Assembly (NCBI GenBank): GCA_963787835.1
Contig: CAWBEI010000006.1
Span: 1 to 64,000 of the forward strand
Length of the DNA stretch: 64,000 nt
Source: Ignavibacteriota bacterium
Lineage (GTDB): Bacteria; Bacteroidota; Ignavibacteria; Palsa-1295
Direction of reading: 5' to 3'
Program-made: the position numbers and the translations under genes
In this document: positions 1-9,204 of the stretch, piece after piece
Layout of the letters: each line of letters opens with the position of its first letter
How positions within the stretch are numbered: position 1 is the first letter of the stretch
The notes under the pieces: model-generated
Database searches by the model: none
What the model was told of the DNA's origin: nothing
What the model saw: only the letters and a program-made list of their open reading frames with translations

Positions 1-620
1 ACATCGAGTGCTTTAGGGATGTTTCGCATAATGAGCGAATTCCCTCCGGAACTGCTTATTTCCCAGGTGATGATACCCTCAACGCGAGTCCGCGCGTCTT
101 TTGCAGCGATGCGGAGATCGGTGTTCAATAGCATCTGCACTAATGAGAAATGATCGCTCGTGGCATAAATGCGTCCTACCAACCCGGCATCCGTGACAAC
201 CGCCATTCCTGGAATGATACTATCTTTTGCGCCAAGATCGATCGTAAGCATATTACGCTGAAAGGTCGTTGTTTTTCCGACCACCTCGGCGGCTCGGAGT
301 TTCCATGAGGGATGCGGGGCGATACCGAGTAGCCTACGAAGCTCTCGATTCTCGGCTTCAGCGCGTCTCAGGCGCCCAACTTCTGCCGAAAGATCTATCG
401 ATTTTGCTTGTAGGTCTTTATTCTCTTGTGAGATGGCGATCGGGTTGGGTATCCAGGCATACGTCGATTGGATCGCCCCGACAAGTCCGGTAACAAAGCT
501 GCGCAGCGGCATCACGTCCGTGGAATGTGATACCGCAATCATGGTGAGCGACGCCGCGACGAAGAGCGTCAACGCAACATACTCCTTAAAGGCGATAATT
601 AAGTCTAAGAAGCGCCTCAC
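1..620 (-). CDS. mreC: Rod shape-determining protein MreC (3' end outside the window)
   Basis: Not in the ORF track because it is truncated. Manual translation from GTG at 620 gives MRRFLDLIIAFKEYVALTLFVAASLTM (TM helix), a coiled coil (ENKDLQ...ENRELRRLLG), then AEVVGK...LTIDLGAKDSIIPGMAVVTDAGLVGRI, the MreC signature. Downstream of mreB. Confidence 0.93.
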   Translation of the reverse strand, partial: MRRFLDLIIAFKEYVALTLFVAASLTMIAVSHSTDVMPLRSFVTGLVGAIQSTYAWIPNPIAISQENKDLQAKSIDLSAEVGRLRRAEAENRELRRLLGIAPHPSWKLRAAEVVGKTTTFQRNMLTIDLGAKDSIIPGMAVVTDAGLVGRIYATSDHFSLVQMLLNTDLRIAAKDARTRVEGIITWEISSSGGNSLIMRNIPKALD

Positions 621-624
621 GAAT

Positions 625-659
625 GAATTATGAGTTTTGAGTTAGGAGTTATGAATAAA
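625..659. repeat. Five tandem 7-nt repeats (GAATTAT GAGTTTT GAGTTAG GAGTTAT GAATAAA), downstream arm of the four-helix-bundle gene
   Basis: Read directly from the sequence. Inverted relative to the array at 1044-1078. Confidence 0.9.
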
Positions 660-671
660 ACCAGAACAATT

Positions 672-1031
672 TTAGTCAGTCTCATTATTCTCGCGAGTGG
701 TTTTGATAATGGAGCTTAATATCTTGCAAAGCTCTTCGCAGTCTGCTAAAAGTGAGTCTGCCAGTTTCAGCTCGATCTTGTTATTTTCCCGAAGTAAAAG
801 AAGCCAATACTTAGTTTCCCGTGCTTCCTTGTGAGCGATGGCGTTTCTTGAAATAAACTCTTTACGTGATACAGCGACGGATCCTTCTATGACATTAGAA
901 CCTATACCCGTTCCTGACCGTAGTATCTGGTCAGTTAAGACAAAAGCCTTACGTTCTACGAGGTAGTCGGATAACTTAATGATCCGGCTCGCAAAATTAT
1001 AGCTTTTTGTGCTAACGATGCTCTCTTTCAC
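672..1031 (-). CDS. Four helix bundle protein (23S rRNA IVP / Avd-like family, TIGR02436-like)
   Basis: 119 aa with family motifs KSYNFASRII, QILRSGTGIGSNVIEG, SRKEFI..IAHKEARETKYWLLLL, CEELCKILSSII. Confidence 0.92.
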   Translation of the reverse strand: MKESIVSTKSYNFASRIIKLSDYLVERKAFVLTDQILRSGTGIGSNVIEGSVAVSRKEFISRNAIAHKEARETKYWLLLLRENNKIELKLADSLLADCEELCKILSSIIKTTRENNETD

Positions 1032-1043
1032 GGCGTGATATTT

Positions 1044-1078
1044 AGTACTCTTAATTCTTCATTCTTAACTCTTAATTA
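1044..1078. repeat. Five tandem 7-nt repeats (minus strand TAATTAA GAGTTAA GAATGAA GAATTAA GAGTACT), upstream arm of the four-helix-bundle gene
   Basis: Read directly from the sequence. The first unit contains the mreB stop codon. Confidence 0.88.
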
Positions 1079-2095
1079 ATATCTCCGGCTCTTGATCAGC
1101 ACTTTCATATACTGTGAAAGGTTCTCGAGAACCTTCCCAGTTCCGCGTACAACGGCCGTGAGCGGATCGTCCGCAACATGAACGGGCAGATTGGTCTCGA
1201 GCTTGAGCCGATCGTCGAGACCTTTCAACAATGCGCCACCGCCCGAAAGCATCATGCCGCGATCCAGAATATCGGCGGAGAGTTCCGGAGGCGTTCGTTC
1301 GAGGCTGACTTTTACAGCTTCCACAATGGCATTTACTTGGTCGGCAAGGGCTTCTCGTACCTCTATGGAACTTACTTCAATGGTCTTGGGAATTCCGGCG
1401 ACCAGATCGCGGCCTTTGACTTCGACCATTAATTCCTCTTCTAAAGGCATCGCGCTTCCGACCTGGCATTTGATGAGCTCCGCAGTCCGTTCGCCAATGA
1501 GAATATTGAAATTTCGTTTGAAGAACTGCATGACCGCCATCGTCAATTCATCACCGGCCACACGGATCGATTCTTGATTGACAATTCCGGAAAGCGCAAT
1601 GACAGCGATCTCGGTTGTGCCGCCACCAATATCAATAATAATGTTCCCGACCGGTGCTTCCACATCGACGCCAATACCTATGGCAGCCGCCATGGGTTCT
1701 GCAATGAGATGGACTTCCTTTGCTCCTGCGTGTTCCGCAGAGTCCCGCACAGCCCGTTTCTCAACCTCGGTGATACCAGATGGAACGCTGATAACAATGC
1801 GGCGCGAGGGAAGCCAGGACGGATGCACTTTCTTGATCAGTGCGCGAAGCATTCCTTCCGCAATTTCAAAATCCGCGATAACGCCGTCTTTCATCGGCCG
1901 GATGGTTTGGATATCCCGATGAGTACGGCCAACCATGGCCTGAGCTTCCCGGCCAATGGCGACAATTTTCTTTGTGGTAGAATCGAAGGCAACGATAGAG
2001 GGCTCGTTGAGGACGATCCCCTTCCCCTTCATATAGATCAGCGTGTTCGCTGTTCCGAGATCGACTGCAATGTCTGCGCTAAATGGACTGAACAT
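1076..2095 (-). CDS. mreB: Rod shape-determining protein MreB
   Basis: DLGTANT, EPSIVA, RPMKDGVIADF, EPMAAAIG, DIGGGTTE, GGGALL motifs. Confidence 0.99.
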   Translation of the reverse strand: MFSPFSADIAVDLGTANTLIYMKGKGIVLNEPSIVAFDSTTKKIVAIGREAQAMVGRTHRDIQTIRPMKDGVIADFEIAEGMLRALIKKVHPSWLPSRRIVISVPSGITEVEKRAVRDSAEHAGAKEVHLIAEPMAAAIGIGVDVEAPVGNIIIDIGGGTTEIAVIALSGIVNQESIRVAGDELTMAVMQFFKRNFNILIGERTAELIKCQVGSAMPLEEELMVEVKGRDLVAGIPKTIEVSSIEVREALADQVNAIVEAVKVSLERTPPELSADILDRGMMLSGGGALLKGLDDRLKLETNLPVHVADDPLTAVVRGTGKVLENLSQYMKVLIKSRRY

Positions 2096-2177
2096 GGAAA
2101 ATGGTAGGTTCTAAATTTCTTCTAAGCGTATTAGGCTCTATCTATCGATAGTCGATGCAACGTCTGTCCGCACTATC

Positions 2178-3800
2178 TTAGTGTCTAAAATGCCTGATGC
2201 CGGTCATTACGAGCGCAATTCCATGGTCTTCTGCTGCCTGGATCACTTCCGCATCCCGTACCGATCCACCGGGCTGGATCACCGCTTTTACGCCGACGTT
2301 TGCTGCTTCGATCATACTGTCCGCGAAAGGATAGAACGCATCGCTGGCCACGAAGGAGCCTTCTAGCGACAGGCCATGACGTTTTGCGTGTTCGATCGCA
2401 ATGCGAGTGGATTCCACGCGCGAGGTTTGCCCGGCTCCTAAGGCTACCGATCTTGCAAAACCATTTTCAAGAGCGCAGAACGCTATTGCATTTGATTTGA
2501 GATGTTTGACAATTCTCATGGCAAACAGCAGTCCGCGGGTTATCTCGGTGGTTACCGGATGCGAGGTAACAGAAATTAGCTCGGAATTGGTCACGAGTGC
2601 GTCATCCTGAGTTTGAAATAAAATGCCTCCAACAACAGAACGAATATCGACCATATTGGAAATGGAAGCCGCCAGGTTTTCTGGAATGTAGGTAAGGAGC
2701 CGGCGATCCTTCTTTTTTCGTAAGATCGTGAGGGCATCTTCATCGAATGAAGGGGCTAAGATTACTTCGCTGAAGAACTGATTCAGCCGTTCCGCAAGAG
2801 GAGCATCGATAATGGAATTCAAAACAATGATACCACCAAAGGGACTTTCTGGATCGGTGGTGAAGGCCCGCTCAAATGCATCGAGCGGGGTTGCGCCTTC
2901 CGCAACGCCACAGGGATTTGTATGCTTTATAATGGCGGCTACGGGTTTGGTTGGTTCCGCCGGAAGGAACTCCGCGATCAGCCCAAGCGATGAGGAAATA
3001 TCGAGTATGTTATTATAAGAAAGTTCTTTTCCCCAGAGTTGTGTGCAGATCTTCGAGAACTCCGTTCCAAACAGCCCGGCGTGTTGATGCGGATTTTCTC
3101 CATACCGAAGTGATGAGACAAGTGGGAGCGAAAGTTCTAACCGGTTCGGAACATTCCCGTGACTGAGCGATAACCCGTCCTCGAAATAATCGGCAATGAT
3201 ACGGTCGTATCTGGCAACGTGCTCGAAGGCTGCGCAAGCAAGCTCTTTCCGATAGGTAATGTCGGTGGCCCCGTTCAAACTTGCAAGCATTTCTAAAAAC
3301 CCTTCATATTGATCCGGCGAGGTGAGCACGGCAACGGATCGGAAATTCTTGGCAGCGCTTCGGAGCATCGCAGGGCCGCCAATATCTATTTGCTCGATGA
3401 TCTCTTCCTCAGTGGCTCCCGGCTTCGCGACGGTCGCTTCAAATGGATAGAGATTTCCGATCAGCAGATCCAGCGGCAAAATCCCATTTGCTTTCGCTTC
3501 TTCAAGATGGGATGGAGTTTCTCGTTTGTAGAGAAGACCGCCGTGAACCATCGGATGCAATGTCTTGACCCGTCCTTCAAATATTTCTGGGGAGTTAGTC
3601 AATTCACTGACACTGGTTACAGGTAGGCCAAGGTTTTTAAGGTAGTGCTCAGTTCCGCCTGTCGAGTAAAGTTGCACGCCACGAGCAGAAAGCTCGCGAG
3701 CTAATGCATCGAGTCCCCGTTTATCATGAACGCTGATGACCGCTCGGTGGATTGTAACCTCGTCATGGGGAGGAGTAGTAACCTTTTTTTGATCTGACAT
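2178..3800 (-). CDS. purH: Bifunctional AICAR transformylase / IMP cyclohydrolase
   Basis: STGGT, GRVKTLHP, IDIGGPAMLRSAAKN, LRYGENPHQ, KHTNPCG, IQPGGSVRD, C-terminal RHFRH. Confidence 0.99.
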   Translation of the reverse strand: MSDQKKVTTPPHDEVTIHRAVISVHDKRGLDALARELSARGVQLYSTGGTEHYLKNLGLPVTSVSELTNSPEIFEGRVKTLHPMVHGGLLYKRETPSHLEEAKANGILPLDLLIGNLYPFEATVAKPGATEEEIIEQIDIGGPAMLRSAAKNFRSVAVLTSPDQYEGFLEMLASLNGATDITYRKELACAAFEHVARYDRIIADYFEDGLSLSHGNVPNRLELSLPLVSSLRYGENPHQHAGLFGTEFSKICTQLWGKELSYNNILDISSSLGLIAEFLPAEPTKPVAAIIKHTNPCGVAEGATPLDAFERAFTTDPESPFGGIIVLNSIIDAPLAERLNQFFSEVILAPSFDEDALTILRKKKDRRLLTYIPENLAASISNMVDIRSVVGGILFQTQDDALVTNSELISVTSHPVTTEITRGLLFAMRIVKHLKSNAIAFCALENGFARSVALGAGQTSRVESTRIAIEHAKRHGLSLEGSFVASDAFYPFADSMIEAANVGVKAVIQPGGSVRDAEVIQAAEDHGIALVMTGIRHFRH

Positions 3801-4426
3801 TATGGAAGGATATGTGCTCTATTATTTTCTACAATTATTTTGTCTTGCGCAAGCAGTTCAATAGCTTTTGGAAAGATTTCAAATTCCAGATCGCGCACCC
3901 TGCGCTGAAGCGTTTCTGGTGTGTCATCTTCTTTCACCGGACAGCATTGTTGCATTACGATCGGCCCCGCATCATACTCTTGAGTAACAAAATGAACACT
4001 GGCACCGCTCACCTTACATCCACGGGCAAGCACAGCCTCATGAACGCGCAGACCATACAAGCCGCTCCCGCCAAAAGATGGAAGTAAAGAAGGGTGAACA
4101 TTCAGGATACGATGCTCGAACAATTTAACGAAACCGTCGGGGAGTTTTTTCATATATCCCGCAAGCGCGATGATGTCGATCTTGCTCGAAGTGATCTCGC
4201 GGATCAATTCCTCTTCAAAAAACGTCGGATCGTTTCTGCAACTTGCAAACGAAACATGAGACGCACGGATTTGATGCGAGCGTGCATATTCCAACGCGCC
4301 GGATGCTGAATTATTGGAAAGCACAAGCGCTAACTCAGCTCCGGCGAGCCTCCCTTCAGTAATAGCACGATGAATGTGTGCAAGGTTCGAGCCAGCGCCC
4401 GAAGCAAAAACAGCTAATTTTTTGAT
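3800..4426 (-). CDS. purN: Phosphoribosylglycinamide formyltransferase (apparent ATC start)
   Basis: The frame extends upstream of the ORF-track start to IKKLAVFASGAGSNL (canonical PurN N-terminus). Also LAGYMK, NVHPSLLP, GASVHFV..EYDAGPI. TAATG overlap with purH. Confidence 0.95.
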   Translation of the reverse strand: MKKLAVFASGAGSNLAHIHRAITEGRLAGAELALVLSNNSASGALEYARSHQIRASHVSFASCRNDPTFFEEELIREITSSKIDIIALAGYMKKLPDGFVKLFEHRILNVHPSLLPSFGGSGLYGLRVHEAVLARGCKVSGASVHFVTQEYDAGPIVMQQCCPVKEDDTPETLQRRVRDLEFEIFPKAIELLAQDKIIVENNRAHILP

Positions 4427-4452
4427 CTATCTACTCCTTGTTCTTAATCCTA

Positions 4453-4466
4453 CAAAAATACGAGAT
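4453..4466 (-). promoter_or_regulatory. Bacteroidota-type -7 promoter element (ATCTCGTATTTTTG) for purNH
   Basis: Matches TAnnTTTG. A near-identical ATCTCGTATTTTCG lies upstream of the Hc1 gene (about 19762-19775). Confidence 0.5.
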
Positions 4467-4573
4467 ATTTGCTAATGAGCCCGCAAAAAGAATGAGAATA
4501 TGTTCGAATATTAGTGAATGTATGAGGAATTAGGTTCGTTAGAGTTCTATCATTAAGTAGTTGTTCTCGATTT

Positions 4574-4876
4574 ATGAAGATTCCCAACGTCCTTAAGCTT
4601 GTCCTTCTTTTCCTCGTATTGTTCGTGCATACCAGTTCCGCCCAGCAGCCGGGGAATAATGATCCCGGCCTGAAAAAATATGGGAATGTGGTGTTCGCCG
4701 ATTCCCTTCATCATAAATATCCGATCGATACGGACAAACATATTCGTATCGCATGGGCTTTCATTCACCTGAAATCACACTCGTCAAAATACACGAAATC
4801 CGAAAAGAAAGAAATGTTGCGCCGAATTCGTGAGGCTGCCGAAGCGCATGGAATTCATTTTAAGAGCAAAGGCTGA
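4574..4876 (+). CDS. Small exported hypothetical protein
   Basis: 100 aa with a Sec signal peptide (MKIPNVLKLVLLFLVLFVHTSSA). Fills the intergenic gap. Confidence 0.7.
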   Translation: MKIPNVLKLVLLFLVLFVHTSSAQQPGNNDPGLKKYGNVVFADSLHHKYPIDTDKHIRIAWAFIHLKSHSSKYTKSEKKEMLRRIREAAEAHGIHFKSKG

Positions 4877-4880
4877 CCGA

Positions 4881-5450
4881 TCAGGAGCCAAAGTCGGGCT
4901 GAACCACTACTTTTGATAAATGTTTTCGCTCGATCTTCACTAATGCAACGGGGTCATCATACAGTTGCTCATCGCGTTTTAGCGCGACACGGCCTTCCTC
5001 CGTTTCTGCCGTTTTAGGTTTTGTGGATGTTCGAGAATGCACATGGATCGGGTCGATCCCTATCTCCTTCGAGTCATACGCTCGAAGATGTCCATGTAGC
5101 GTGTGGTGCTCGCCGGCATCATGATAATGCGCTTCAACCAAACGCCCAATATTCCGCTTAAACTGATAGTCCTCCACAAGTGGCTCGTCAATCCCCGGCG
5201 ACATGACATCGAGCCGGTAATTGCCCTTAATAAGCTTGTCAGAATCTATCAGAGTGCTTAGCTCATTGCTCACGGTGGCGCAATCGTCAATGGAGACTAA
5301 TCGCTCGCCATCTAAGAGTACTTCGATAACTGGGGTACTTGCTGAGCCCCGTACATTGATTCTAAGGAGATGCAGTCCTCGAACTTTCGCAAGAGTTGAA
5401 GCTGGTTCTTGTAATGAATGCTCGATTTCGGCTTTGAATGTATTTTCCAT
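4881..5450 (-). CDS. rimP: Ribosome maturation factor RimP
   Basis: IEVLLDG..VSIDDCATVSNELS, YRLDVMSPGIDEPL, QFKRNIGRLV. Start placed at MENTFK. Confidence 0.88.
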   Translation of the reverse strand: MENTFKAEIEHSLQEPASTLAKVRGLHLLRINVRGSASTPVIEVLLDGERLVSIDDCATVSNELSTLIDSDKLIKGNYRLDVMSPGIDEPLVEDYQFKRNIGRLVEAHYHDAGEHHTLHGHLRAYDSKEIGIDPIHVHSRTSTKPKTAETEEGRVALKRDEQLYDDPVALVKIERKHLSKVVVQPDFGS

Positions 5451-5614
5451 ACTGGCATTACGGAAAGAATGATGAGAAAATTCCGTTTTATGCAAAGAAA
5501 CTTCGAATTTCTCCACTTCTAATCGTGAACAACGATTAACCCATTTGTTGTAACTCTTTTGGATGTTTGGCTGTATCAATATCCTCTAACTTTAATAATT
5601 TTAGACTCACGAAC

Positions 5615-6208
5615 ATGGAAGAGAACAAACCAATAGAAAATCAAAATAGGAGCAGCACACCTACACCAGGACCTATGCATAAAAGAGGTTTTCTCAACAG
5701 CCGGTGGGCTATGATCGTAGCCACGGCCATAATTTCAATCATTATCGGATTCTTTATCGGGCATTGCTGCCATCGCGGGCGGCATTGCTGCGGAGACCGA
5801 TGCGAAATGCGCGGTCACGGCATGATGATGCACCGAGGCTGGGAACGCGGTCCACGCTTTGGATGGGGTGGCATGGGGCAAGGTGGAATGCGTGACGGTG
5901 GCATGCATGAGGGCGAAATGCACGGAATGGGCCCGATGGGTATGCACGAGGGTTTCGATCCCAAAGCGATGGTCGATCACATGAAACAGGAATTAGGGCT
6001 ATCTGATCAACAGGTGCAGCAAATTACCGCTCTCTTAGAGCAGCAGAAGAGCAAAATGGAATCGGCCATGAAGAGTGATAGTGGCCGAGGCATGGATTGG
6101 CAAGCCGGACGTGAACAACTTCATGCTCAGATCAAGGCCATCCTAACTCCCGAACAGCAAACCAAATTTCAGCAGATGATGGCGGAGCACATGGGGCGGG
6201 GTGAGTGA
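5615..6208 (+). CDS. Membrane-anchored Spy/CpxP-like (LTxxQ) protein with a His/Cys/Met-rich linker
   Basis: One TM helix, then HCCH..HCC..C and an M/H/G-rich tract, then ELGLSDQQ and ILTPEQQTKF motifs. Confidence 0.75.
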   Translation: MEENKPIENQNRSSTPTPGPMHKRGFLNSRWAMIVATAIISIIIGFFIGHCCHRGRHCCGDRCEMRGHGMMMHRGWERGPRFGWGGMGQGGMRDGGMHEGEMHGMGPMGMHEGFDPKAMVDHMKQELGLSDQQVQQITALLEQQKSKMESAMKSDSGRGMDWQAGREQLHAQIKAILTPEQQTKFQQMMAEHMGRGE

Positions 6209-6233
6209 CCCCACGAAGAATCAAGAGTGTGAC

Positions 6234-7106
6234 TTACCTCAACGCCGCTTCCAGCGCCGTTCTTCCATCCGTTTTCTCATCGCGATATTTTATGATTAGC
6301 GGCGTGTAGATAGAAAGTCCGTTCTCTTGGCCAAAATCTGATTTATGTGCTATGGAACGAGAGCCTGCAACAAGCACCGCACTTTCTGGAATGATAAGCG
6401 GCTCGCTCTCGCTCTTACGAGAAATGATAGTGTTATTTACCAGATCGTAGATCGGCGTGGAGCCGGTCAGTACAACGCCCGTCGCAAGTACGGCGCGGCG
6501 TTTAATGATGCAGCCTTCATAGACTCCTGTATTGCCGCCAAGGAGCACATCATCCTCGATGATTACAGGTAAAGCTCCCGCAGGTTCAAGTACGCCTCCG
6601 ATCTGCGCTGCGGCGCTGATATGAACCCGCTCACCAACTTGTGCGCAGCTTCCAACAAGTGCGTGGGAATCGATTAGCGTCCCAGCGCCTACATACGCAC
6701 CGATGTTAACATACGCGGGCGGCATCATGATGACGGAAGGAGCAAGGTAAGCACCATCCCGCACCGAACTGCCGCCGGGTACGATACGCACGTTATCCTC
6801 AACTCGAAAAGTGTGAAGCGGGACGGTATCCTTATCGAAAAAATTCCAATGTTCTCCACCATGCACGGAAACAGAACGTTCCACCAATTTCCCGAGACGG
6901 AACCCGAGAAGAATTCCCTGTTTTATCCATGAATTCACAGTCCAACCGCCAGGCTGTGTTGTATCTGGCTGTGCTGCACGAACCTCACCCCGGTTCAGCG
7001 CCATTCTCAAACGCAAAACGGTGTTCACGGCAACATCGCGCTGAAGGGCGATCTCTTCAGAAGAGAGCGCGAATAGTTCTTCGATTTTTTGATGGAGATC
7101 GACCAT
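6234..7106 (-). CDS. dapD: Tetrahydrodipicolinate N-succinyltransferase
   Basis: [55 protein letters not shown] hexapeptide repeats. Confidence 0.96.
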   Translation of the reverse strand: MVDLHQKIEELFALSSEEIALQRDVAVNTVLRLRMALNRGEVRAAQPDTTQPGGWTVNSWIKQGILLGFRLGKLVERSVSVHGGEHWNFFDKDTVPLHTFRVEDNVRIVPGGSSVRDGAYLAPSVIMMPPAYVNIGAYVGAGTLIDSHALVGSCAQVGERVHISAAAQIGGVLEPAGALPVIIEDDVLLGGNTGVYEGCIIKRRAVLATGVVLTGSTPIYDLVNNTIISRKSESEPLIIPESAVLVAGSRSIAHKSDFGQENGLSIYTPLIIKYRDEKTDGRTALEAALR

Positions 7107-7118
7107 TCTGGATTTAAT

Positions 7119-7214
7119 ATGTCATTCCTGCGAAAAGTGAATGAACTTCATGCGGGGAATCTCTAACGTGTAGATACTATAACCGATGGATTCCCGCTTT
7201 CGCGGGAATGACAT
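7119..7214. repeat. Inverted pair of TGTC/CGTC-family palindromic repeats (ATGTCATTCCTGCG...GGATTCCCGCTTTCGCGGGAATGACAT)
   Basis: Terminal inverted repeats. The right unit is ATTCCC-N8-GGGAAT. The left unit has an enlarged loop. A related unit lies at 58554-58580. Confidence 0.85.
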
Positions 7215-7225
7215 TCGAAAGACTC

Positions 7226-8251
7226 TTATTTTGCTTTGAAACTCTGCACTGATTTTTCCAGTGCAGGACGGAAAGCTGCTTCCAGTTCATTCGGCCAGGA
7301 AACCGTGATGCGATAGACGGTTTGGCCCGACATTACGAAATAGGCGCGCGCGGTCGCTCCTGCGGAGCCATAGCTAATCATCTTCGCCGCATGGCCGCCG
7401 ATAGTCGTGCTTTGTGCGGATGCACCATGGTAGGTTTTTTGGGCATTTTCATCTACATATTTATTCAGGTCGATGCCTTTCGCAACATCATTAGCATCGA
7501 CACGCACCATGGCATCGGCGCGTTCGCCTTTGATCTCGACACCATTACCCGATCGTGGGTTTGCTGAAAAATTATCAGGATACTGAATGGTATAGCCCGA
7601 ACCCTGGTAGGTTGAAAAAGTAGCAGAGGGCTTCATCTGCTCCATCATCGCACTCATGCTGGCACTATCTATCTTGCCGCCAGTCACTTTGAGCACAAAG
7701 GCGGGCTGAAGAGATTTTTCTGATAGATCGAATACAGGAGCATATTTGGTCATGCGTTTTGCACCAAAAGTTGCAGCATCAAAATAGGTGACAAGCGAAT
7801 CTTTATCAGCGAAAATGCGGTAGCCGGTCAGGCCATCCTCATCGCCTGCGATCGAGTAGGATATTTTGATGGCAGGAAGGCCCCCAAGGGTTGTGGAATC
7901 AGGGCCGGTAAAGGTGATATTATCCATGCTCTGTTTGAAAGCCGCAGCTTCCTTTTCCTTCGTAGAATGTTCCATGGCACCAACTTCGATGCGCGCGCCG
8001 AAATCACCTTCGGTGAACTTTTGAAAGCGCGTTTCGGTAGCAGGTGTCGAATAGTAGGTGGTCTTCGTGCCAGGCACGGATTCCACAGCCCAGGCTTTCG
8101 GAGCCTTAAAGCTGAACCGATAGACAAGGTCTTTATACGTCACCATCTCACCGGGCTGCACCGGGGACATATCCTCTTCCTTTTTTGAGCATCCGGCAAT
8201 AGCAGATGCGATCAGAAAAAGTGCGAAAAATCTAAAAATATGCAGTTTCAT
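7226..8251 (-). CDS. Lipoprotein with two PsbP/DcrB-like domains
   Basis: Lipobox IAGC. Internal duplication (YRFSFKAPKAW / GYTIQYPDNF; TTLGGLPAIKISY / TTIGGHAAKMISY). Confidence 0.7.
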   Translation of the reverse strand: MKLHIFRFFALFLIASAIAGCSKKEEDMSPVQPGEMVTYKDLVYRFSFKAPKAWAVESVPGTKTTYYSTPATETRFQKFTEGDFGARIEVGAMEHSTKEKEAAAFKQSMDNITFTGPDSTTLGGLPAIKISYSIAGDEDGLTGYRIFADKDSLVTYFDAATFGAKRMTKYAPVFDLSEKSLQPAFVLKVTGGKIDSASMSAMMEQMKPSATFSTYQGSGYTIQYPDNFSANPRSGNGVEIKGERADAMVRVDANDVAKGIDLNKYVDENAQKTYHGASAQSTTIGGHAAKMISYGSAGATARAYFVMSGQTVYRITVSWPNELEAAFRPALEKSVQSFKAK

Positions 8252-8266
8252 GTGTAGGGTAAGAAT

Positions 8267-9204
8267 TTATTTAATAGGTTTTGAGCTATTCCAAAAACGA
8301 ATGTTTGCATCGACTCCTTGAAGCCGGATCTGCTCGGCCAATTTCGTGAGCGATACCACCGCGCTATCTAAACGAATTGCAAGGCCGTCATCATGGATGA
8401 TCCGGAAAAGAAGGCTGTTCTTTCGTTCACTGCTGGCGAGCATCGTATCGAGCCGAGCAAGGGAATGCCTCGCATCGGCTACGGCCTGAGCACCCGAATC
8501 AATCAGCACCCGTAATCCAGTTCTGTTCTCCCGGGCTATCGAATTAAGGATCTCGAGTGCGGAATCTCCTTGTGTAAGAGTCTGCGCTAAAAGCGGTCCG
8601 TTCTGATCCATAAACGTGGATGCACGATTTGCAGTGCCATTAATATCATGCAGCGTCGTGTTTGCGGCATCAAGGGTACGGTTGATCTTGTGTTTCAGGG
8701 AATCATTATCCATGATCCCGTTGATCGAGGTGAACATCGTGTCAGCCTTTTTTGAAATAGACTCCAACGAACCAGATAGAGATGTAACCATTTCGACCAA
8801 CGAGCTGATGTCCCGGAGAATACTCCGGGAATAATGGTGTTTGGCGGAAGAGGCTTCGAAGACGTTCCCGGATGAAGCTCCACTTTCTTCCCGGTCATCA
8901 GTTCGAGCATGGAGATAGAGGCAGAAGCATCCTCATGCAGGTCAAGTTTGTCCGAGAAACCCATGGTGACCAGTACATCGGATTGCCGGGTCTCGACTTC
9001 CCGCACGATACCACGTTTTACCCCATTAAGCGTGACGGGATCCCCCAATTCAAGCCCACCGGCATTTTGGAAGGCGGCCTGGTAACGGATCTCGTGGCCG
9101 GCCGTGTTCCAGCCCTTTGCCCAGCCTATGCCAAAGAGCAAAAGCGCAATTCCCGCGAGCACCGTTATTCCGACTTTAATATCAGTTTGTTCTTCGTTCG
9201 TCAC
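8267..9204 (-). CDS. MlaD/MCE family protein (single-base frameshift near 8812-8814)
   Basis: TM helix plus MCE domain (FQNAGGLELGDPVTLNGVKRG) in one frame and the helical tail in another. Adding one G restores ...FSGDISSLVEMVT... Confidence 0.85.

Noticed and set aside
672-1031. Diversity-generating retroelement or rRNA intervening sequence suggested by the Avd/IVP-like gene
   Set aside because: No reverse transcriptase, no TR/VR pair with adenine-specific differences, and no rRNA in the window.
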